Shown here one piece after another: positions 26,451 through 32,000 of a stretch of 32,000 bases of DNA. How positions within the stretch are numbered: position 1 is the stretch's first letter; every line of letters starts with the position of its first letter. The DNA comes from Geotalea daltonii FRC-32. Its GTDB lineage: Bacteria > Desulfobacterota > Desulfuromonadia > Geobacterales > Geobacteraceae. Both the position numbers and the translations under genes were made by a program. Location of the stretch: contig NC_011979.1 in assembly GCF_000022265.1 (NCBI RefSeq), positions 3,840,001 through 3,872,000 on the forward strand, read 5' to 3'. The notes below the pieces were generated by a model, which was given only the letters and a program-made list of their open reading frames with translations, had not been told where the DNA came from and searched no databases.

Positions 26451-28568
26451 TCACTCCAGCTCGACCAGAAGGCTCTCAAGCTCATCAGCAGTTGTTACTG
26501 GTGGCCGACAGGCCCCACTTGCGCATATATATGCTGCTGCGCCAACTGCCGGCGCCTCCATTGTCCCTGCCCCCGCATCACCGTCTTCGGCATGCCTTAG
26601 AACCAGCCCCGCAATGAAATGTCTGTTTACGGTGGCAAGCAACGCCCTGATTTCGGCCCCTTCCCTTGCCCCAGCCAGTGTTATCTCTATTTTTTCCGCG
26701 TGCTGGTAGTCATGGGCCATTATGAGTTGCAGGTAGCCGGCGGGCTGTTGCAGGGCGTTGCCGAGAAATGCCCCCACGCCATGTTCTCCCGCTGTTTCCA
26801 AAGAATCATCCTTGAGTATTTTCCCCAGGCGCAGCAGATTCATGGCGGCTATTGAATTGCCGGAAGGCATGGCCCCGTCATAAGCGTTCTTCTGCCGGAT
26901 CAGGACCTCCTCCGCGTCCATGCCGTTGTCGTAAAACCCTCCGCCCGGCGCAGAGAAAAGCCTGATCATATCCCTGGCCAGCCGCAATGCTTGGAACAGG
27001 TATCCCTGATGAAGAGAAACCTGGTAGAGCTCCAGCAATCCCCAGCCGAGAAAGGCGTAATCTTCAAGAAAGGCAGGGATTTTCGCCTGCCCCAGGTGAT
27101 AACTTCTTGACAGACGCCCTTCTTTGGTCTGGAGCTTCTCCAGGATAATTGTAACCGCACTTTCAGCGGCCCTCAAATAGGTTTCATCCCCGGTCACCCC
27201 GTATCCCTTGGCCAGGGCAGCTATCAACAGTCCATTCCATGCCGTCAGCACCTTGGCATCCCTGAGCGGCCGAACCCGTTTTTGCCGAACGGTTAGCAGC
27301 TTCGCCCGCCATTTTATCAGTTCACCTTTGAATGACTCGGCAATCAGCCCCTCACGATCAGCGAAAGATGCAATGGAAACCGGCAGATGAAGGATGTTTT
27401 TGCCTTCGAAGTTACCTTTTTCCGTTATGTCGAAAAGCCGGCAAAATAGCCGTGCAGCCTCTTCTCCCAGAACTTCTTTAACCTCGGCAGCGGCCCAGAG
27501 GTAGAATTTCCCCTCTTGACCCTCTGTGTCTGCATCCTGAGCGGAACAAAATCCCCCATCGATACCGGTCATCTCAACCAGACAGTAGTTCAGTATTTCC
27601 CGCACCACTTCGCGATAATAATTCTTGCCTGTCGCCTGGAAAGCCTCGGCAAAGGCAATGGCAACAAGGGCTTGGTCATAAAGCATCTTCTCGAAGTGGG
27701 GCACCAGCCATTGCCGATCCACCGAATATCTGTGGATGCCGAATCCCAGCTGGTCATAGATGCCTCCCTGCCGCATCCTGGTCAGCGTATGTTCGGCCAT
27801 CTGCAGCGCCTCAGGTCGGCCAGCCTTCCAGCAGCGGAGAAGGAAAGAAATATAGTGGGGCATGGGAAATTTCGGGGCCTGGCCAAATCCTCCCCAATCA
27901 TCGTCATACATGGCAGCCAGCTGATTGAAGGCTGCCTCTTCAAGTTCTCCACCTGCATAGGCTGGTTCAGTCCGGTTCAGCCGCTCAAGCGATGCCATTA
28001 TGGTACTGCAACTTTCCTCCACCTTATCCCGCTCCCTCTGCCAGAACCGTGAAATCCTCTCCAGCAGGTCAATGATACCGGGCACCCCCATCCGCCTTTC
28101 CTTCGGCAGATACGTGGCGGCAAAGAAGGGTTTTTTATCCGGTGTCAGGAGAACATTGAGGGGCCAGCCGCCGCTGCCTGATATCATCTGTGCCACCGCC
28201 ATAAACTGGTCGTCTATATCCGGCCTTTCCTCCCGATCTACCTTGATGGCCACAAAGGAATCGTTCAGCGCCTTGGCCACCTCACGGTCTTCGAATGATT
28301 CATGGGCCATGACGTGGCACCAGTGGCAGGTGGCGTAGCCTATGGAAAGAAAAATCGGTTTATCTTCAGCCCTTGCCTTGGCAAAGGCTTCTTCTCCCCA
28401 CTGAAACCAGTCGACCGGGTTTTCCGCATGTTGCAACAGGTAAGGACTGTCGGCAAAAATGAGCCGGTTGAAATCCGCGCCGCCATCGGCCGGAATACGA
28501 CTTTTATCCAGGGATGCAAGTCTATGCAGTTTTTCGTTCTCGTCGTGAAATCCCCCATGCGCAGCCAT
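26451..28568 (-). CDS. thioredoxin-domain protein of the YyaL/DUF255 (SSP411-like) family
   Basis: [47 protein letters not shown], followed by a long alpha/alpha-toroid-like region. GGAG RBS. Confidence 0.88.
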   Translation of the reverse strand: MAAHGGFHDENEKLHRLASLDKSRIPADGGADFNRLIFADSPYLLQHAENPVDWFQWGEEAFAKARAEDKPIFLSIGYATCHWCHVMAHESFEDREVAKALNDSFVAIKVDREERPDIDDQFMAVAQMISGSGGWPLNVLLTPDKKPFFAATYLPKERRMGVPGIIDLLERISRFWQRERDKVEESCSTIMASLERLNRTEPAYAGGELEEAAFNQLAAMYDDDWGGFGQAPKFPMPHYISFLLRCWKAGRPEALQMAEHTLTRMRQGGIYDQLGFGIHRYSVDRQWLVPHFEKMLYDQALVAIAFAEAFQATGKNYYREVVREILNYCLVEMTGIDGGFCSAQDADTEGQEGKFYLWAAAEVKEVLGEEAARLFCRLFDITEKGNFEGKNILHLPVSIASFADREGLIAESFKGELIKWRAKLLTVRQKRVRPLRDAKVLTAWNGLLIAALAKGYGVTGDETYLRAAESAVTIILEKLQTKEGRLSRSYHLGQAKIPAFLEDYAFLGWGLLELYQVSLHQGYLFQALRLARDMIRLFSAPGGGFYDNGMDAEEVLIRQKNAYDGAMPSGNSIAAMNLLRLGKILKDDSLETAGEHGVGAFLGNALQQPAGYLQLIMAHDYQHAEKIEITLAGAREGAEIRALLATVNRHFIAGLVLRHAEDGDAGAGTMEAPAVGAAAYICASGACRPPVTTADELESLLVELE

Positions 28569-28639
28569 ATCAGCTCCATTGACAAAAGTTGCGGATTTTT
28601 GGTTTTTAGATTATTGTACCACCGCCCAATATAGTTACC

Positions 28640-28806
28640 CTAGGAGTCTGTCGGATTTAGAATGAATCGGCTGCGAAAATGGCAAATCGGTCCGGATCTC
28701 CGTAAATTTTCGACAAATAGGTCCACTATTTGCTCTCAAATTTCCAAATATCCGTCCTCGATTTTCCATTCTTTCGCTTCGATCCCTAAATCCGACAGAC
28801 TCCTAG
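28640..28806. repeat. 167-bp palindromic element with perfect 21-bp terminal inverted repeats (MITE-like or long hairpin)
   Basis: CTAGGAGTCTGTCGGATTTAG (28640-28660) is the exact reverse complement of 28786-28806. The arms continue as an imperfect complement: GCGAAAATGGCAAATCGG (28673-28690) against the reverse complement of 28757-28777, GCGAAAGAATGGAAAATCGAGG. Confidence 0.85.
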
Positions 28807-28839
28807 TTGTCGATCAAAACATCTGTGGAGTCCAAACCA

Positions 28840-29508
28840 ATGCCTGTACTTCTCTTTGCGTTCCTGCTGTCAATAGTTGCTGCCCTACCATCGCTGGCAA
28901 CAGAACTAGTTGTCGGCAAGTTCAGCGCCGAGGATCTGGGAGAGTGGACTGAGAAATCTTTTCGGGGAAAAACCGAATACTCACTGACAAAGGACGAAGG
29001 CAAAAGCGTACTCATGGCACATAGTGTCAAGGCCGGCTCCGGGCTGGTAAAGAAGGTTTCCATCGATGCACGAAAATTTCCTGTTTTGCGCTGGTCGTGG
29101 AAAGTCGACCACACCTTGAAGAAGGAAGATATCAGAAAGAAAAAAGGGGATGATTTCGCAGCTCGAGTCTATGTGGTTTTTCCACGTACCTTCTTCTGGC
29201 GGATGCGGGCCATCAACTATGTCTGGGCATCTAAAATGGCCAAGGATTCCCATGCACGGAGCCCCTACACCTCGAACTCAGTAATTATTGCCGTTGAATC
29301 CGGGGATGAGAACATAAAGAAATGGGTCACTGAAGAACGGAATGTCTACGAAGATTACAGGAAGGTTTTCGGCGAGGAGCCGCCGCTTTTGGGAGGGGTA
29401 GCCATAATGACCGACACCGACGACACCCAGGATGAAGCGACCGCTTATTACGGAGATATCTTTTTCGAAGGGAAGTTGCAGGGCGCACAGGAAAACGTGC
29501 GCCCCTGA
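28840..29508 (+). CDS. DUF3047 domain-containing secreted protein
   Basis: I prefer the ATG at 28840 (MPVLLFAFLLSIVAALPSLA signal peptide, GGAG 10 nt upstream) over the TTG at 28807, which abuts the inverted repeat (28806). PVLRWSWKV and KGDDFAARVYVVF match what I recall of DUF3047. Confidence 0.78.
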   Translation: MPVLLFAFLLSIVAALPSLATELVVGKFSAEDLGEWTEKSFRGKTEYSLTKDEGKSVLMAHSVKAGSGLVKKVSIDARKFPVLRWSWKVDHTLKKEDIRKKKGDDFAARVYVVFPRTFFWRMRAINYVWASKMAKDSHARSPYTSNSVIIAVESGDENIKKWVTEERNVYEDYRKVFGEEPPLLGGVAIMTDTDDTQDEATAYYGDIFFEGKLQGAQENVRP

Positions 29509-29515
29509 GGCTGCT

Positions 29516-29863
29516 TTATCCGATTATCTTTGCCAGACGGCTCCGCTGTTTCTCCAGTCGGTGTTGTCCCTCTTCGATAACCTTCAGAAGCTCTTTCTTT
29601 GTCTGGTGCGCCATGTCGGGTGCCTTGTCAAGGATCTCTTCAGCCTTGTCACCGACCGTTTCCACAATGTCCGAGACATGGGCGGAGAATTCATGCACTA
29701 CCCCTTCCGCTTTCTGCCGGGCCTTTTTCACACAGCGCACCAGATCGCGTCGGGTCCTCTTGCCGGACTGGGGAGCAAAGAGAAGAGCCGCCCCCGCCCC
29801 GATAATTCCCCCTGCCATAAGCAGCAGCGCCCCAACCAGTACGTCGTTGTTCCTCTCTTCCAT
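29516..29863 (-). CDS. YtxH domain-containing protein
   Basis: Start at MEERNNDVLVGALLLMAGGIIGAGAALLFAPQSGKRTRRDL, with a GGAGG RBS. The longer ORF to 29923 lacks one. The rest of the protein is helical. Confidence 0.75.
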   Translation of the reverse strand: MEERNNDVLVGALLLMAGGIIGAGAALLFAPQSGKRTRRDLVRCVKKARQKAEGVVHEFSAHVSDIVETVGDKAEEILDKAPDMAHQTKKELLKVIEEGQHRLEKQRSRLAKIIG

Positions 29864-29964
29864 TTGCAGCCTCCCCGTAATTTTCTCAAAATGTATTATA
29901 CCGCGCTTCGGGCAAAATCCCACAGCTCGGTAAATATATAACAGGATGATGAAGGGTTATGGGG

Positions 29965-30759
29965 TCAATGACGCATCTCTTCTTTCAGCCCCTCAACAAC
30001 GGCTTTCACCTCGGCGATCATTTCCGCTGCCTGGGGCGATTTCTCCTTCTTCAGGTAAAGCTCAAAGTATTTGGTTGCCTCGGCGAGACGCTCCTGGTCA
30101 ATGCAGATATTGCCAAGGGTGAGATAAGACATGGTGAAATTGGGATCAAGCCTCACCGCTTCCAGGGTCTCCTTTTCAGCTGATTCCAGATCACCCAGAT
30201 CATAAAACAGGTCTCCCAGGTTGAAACGTGCTGCGGCATCGTTGGGGTCCAGGGCAATCCCTTTGCGGTAGGCTTCAATTGCCTGGTCATTGTTGCCAAG
30301 GCCGTAATAAAGGTCGCCAAGGGCATTCAGAGCAAACACATTGTGCGGATCTAACTCCAGCGCCTTGTTAAAGGCCTGCAGCGCATCATCTGCCCGTTCC
30401 AGGCTGTTATAAACAAGCCCCAGGCTCACGTAACCATCAGCCTCCGCTGGACGCAGTTCTATTACTTTTTTGTAAGCAGCAATCGCTTCTTTATGCTGCC
30501 CGCTCTCGAAGAGGATATCACCCAGTGAAGTCCACGCCTCAATATCTTCCGGTGCGCGCTTCAACCCTGCTTTAATCGATTCTATGGCCTCTGCCTGTTT
30601 TCCGGTCTCGGCAAGTGCCTCGCCAAGGTAAAAATAGCCCTCGGCATTATCCGGTTCGACCTCGGTGCATGCTTTGAATTCCACCGAGGCTTTTCCGTAT
30701 TCTCCAGCCTCCAGTAAGGAAATGCCCTGAGCCAGACGCTCATCGAAATTTGTCGTCAT
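29965..30759 (-). CDS. tetratricopeptide-repeat protein (264 aa)
   Basis: About seven consecutive 34-aa TPR units, for example AEGYFYLGEALAETGKQAEAIESIKAGLKRAPED and FALNALGDLYYGLGNNDQAIEAYRKGIALDPND. Confidence 0.85.
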   Translation of the reverse strand: MTTNFDERLAQGISLLEAGEYGKASVEFKACTEVEPDNAEGYFYLGEALAETGKQAEAIESIKAGLKRAPEDIEAWTSLGDILFESGQHKEAIAAYKKVIELRPAEADGYVSLGLVYNSLERADDALQAFNKALELDPHNVFALNALGDLYYGLGNNDQAIEAYRKGIALDPNDAAARFNLGDLFYDLGDLESAEKETLEAVRLDPNFTMSYLTLGNICIDQERLAEATKYFELYLKKEKSPQAAEMIAEVKAVVEGLKEEMRH

Positions 30760-30941
30760 TTATTCCTCCAGTCTGTGTCAGTTTCAGTCTCAGGAAAACC
30801 ATACATGGCTTCCGGGAGGAAACTATATCAAAAACTTCCAATGATTGCTACAGCAACCATCTGCCAGCCCATTAAAGTTTACCCTTTCCTTTTCCGTTGA
30901 CTGTTCTATAATTAGAATATTTTTGAGCAAAGGCTGCCATT

Positions 30942-32000
30942 ATGGGCGACGAGCGCCACGAAACTCTGGGACTACGCACGCTGGAAGATATCAGCGGCCT
31001 GATCCTCCATTCCCATGATCTGCAGGAGACCTTGGACAACATCGTCAACCTTGTTGCCAAACGGGTCGGTTCGGACGTCTGTTCCATCTATCTTCTGGAA
31101 GATGACGGAGAAACCCTGCGACTCAAGGCTACCAAAGGTCTGTCCCGTGGTTCGGTAGGCAAAATCACCATGAAGACCTCAGAGGGTCTTACCGGCCTGG
31201 CTGTTGAGGATCGCAGCATAATTGCCACCGATAATGCCCCCCTTCACCCCCGATACAAATATTTCCGTGAAACGAGGGAAGAAAAGTTCCTTTCTTTCCT
31301 TGGTGTGCCGTTATTCGAGCGCAAAACTCCAGTTGGCGTACTGGTTGTCCAGACTCGCGAGGCCCGCGTCTTTACCCCTGCCGAAATAAGCACTATTTCA
31401 ACCATTGCCTATCAGATCAGCAGCATTGTCATAAATGCAAAGCTCCTGGACTCCATTCACCAAAAGGAAAAGGAACGCGCTTTCTTCGCCAGCGAACTGG
31501 AAAAAATGAAAGCCAGTGAAATCAAAGGAAGGGTTCACCCCGAACAGGAGAAAAAGCGAAAACTGGCTTCCCTGATTGGCACCCCGGTTTCGCCAGGCTT
31601 TGCCTGGGGTAAGATCTACATTTTCAGCCGAAACGAAAACGACGGCATCGACATGGAGCACGCCGCCTCCCGCCCGGAAGAACGGAAACGGTTCCAGATT
31701 GCCCTGGAAAAAGCGAAAATCCAGACATTATATATGGAGAAGCGTGTTGCCGAGGTTATGTCCAAGGAAGACGCCGCGATATTTCACAGCCACCTTATGT
31801 TTCTGGAGGATCGTGGCTTCATCACCAAGATCACCGATTCCATCGATAATGGATACAGTGCCGGACAAGCCATAAGGGAAGTGGTCGACTACTACGTCAA
31901 CGCCTTTGCCAAGATGGAGGATCCCTATCTGCGCGAGCGTTCAGCGGATATGGAAGACATCGGCCGGCGGCTGCTCGGTGCCCTCAACGGCAACAGCAGC
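30942..32000 (+). CDS. ptsP: GAF-domain phosphoenolpyruvate-protein phosphotransferase PtsP (EI-Ntr), 5' partial
   Basis: Not in the ORF track because it has no stop in the window. Hand translation: MGDERHETLGLRTLEDISGLILHSHDLQETLDNIVNLVAKRVGSDVCSIYLLEDDGETLRLKATKGLS... (GAF), then GTPVSPGFAWGKIYIF and DPYLRERSADMEDIGRRLL (PEP-utilising enzyme N-terminal domain). 353 codons are open to the window end. Confidence 0.88.
   Translation, partial: MGDERHETLGLRTLEDISGLILHSHDLQETLDNIVNLVAKRVGSDVCSIYLLEDDGETLRLKATKGLSRGSVGKITMKTSEGLTGLAVEDRSIIATDNAPLHPRYKYFRETREEKFLSFLGVPLFERKTPVGVLVVQTREARVFTPAEISTISTIAYQISSIVINAKLLDSIHQKEKERAFFASELEKMKASEIKGRVHPEQEKKRKLASLIGTPVSPGFAWGKIYIFSRNENDGIDMEHAASRPEERKRFQIALEKAKIQTLYMEKRVAEVMSKEDAAIFHSHLMFLEDRGFITKITDSIDNGYSAGQAIREVVDYYVNAFAKMEDPYLRERSADMEDIGRRLLGALNGNSS

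Noticed and set aside
28591-28660. A shared CGGATTT motif linking the 5915-6325 array, the 28640-28806 element and 28591-28600 as one repeat family.
   Set aside because: A 7-mer is expected about four times by chance in 64 kb of two-strand sequence. Beyond this motif the two elements do not align. There is insufficient evidence for a common family.
28662-28952. A 96-aa plus-strand ORF starting inside the palindromic element, and the TTG start at 28807 for the DUF3047 gene.
   Set aside because: The ORF begins within repeat DNA and overlaps the well-supported DUF3047 frame out of frame. The TTG start abuts the inverted repeat and adds 11 residues before an otherwise typical signal peptide. The ATG at 28840 has a GGAG upstream.

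Overview
This is a 32-kb chromosomal window, about 90% coding. I support 28 protein genes, 23 of them on the minus strand. Protein sequences and gene order resemble a Geobacter/Desulfuromonadales-type bacterium, but that is inference only. I found no rRNA, tRNA, CRISPR array, transposase or integrase.

Most of the window is ordinary housekeeping:
- the rod-shape/elongasome cluster, arranged as mreB, then a five-gene nucleotide-sugar cassette (GT2-gmhA-gmhB-rfbA-rfbC), then mreC-mreD-mrdA-rodA;
- purC, rnhA, a PlsC-type acyltransferase, a PAS histidine kinase and an AmmeMemoRadiSam radical-SAM enzyme;
- a PpiD-like chaperone, a YyaL/DUF255 thioredoxin-fold protein, DUF3047, YtxH and TPR proteins, and the 5' part of ptsP.

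The unusual part is the left 6.6 kb:
- A two-gene minus-strand operon encodes giant secreted proteins. One is a 991-aa transglutaminase-like protein with Ala at the catalytic Cys position. The other is a >950-aa protein with prenyltransferase-like and CarboxypepD_reg-like repeats; it is missing from the ORF track because it runs off the window.
- A sharp low-GC block lies exactly across the junction of these two genes.
- Directly upstream are three tandem ~146-bp units, each able to fold into a ~100-nt hairpin, followed by an AT-rich stretch with 18-bp tandem palindromes.

Other structure that the genes do not explain:
- a 170-nt GC-rich rod-like element between rnhA and an HNH gene, with a 16-bp closing helix and a 15x15 purine bubble (a 6S-RNA-like candidate);
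- a 167-bp palindromic element between the yyaL-like and DUF3047 genes;
- an unlisted 50-aa zinc-ribbon ORF with its own terminator;
- a bacterial homologue of eukaryotic GTDC1/QTMAN (DUF3524) at the tail of the elongasome cluster.

I cannot demonstrate a complete novel system from sequence alone. The best candidates are ranked in the findings.
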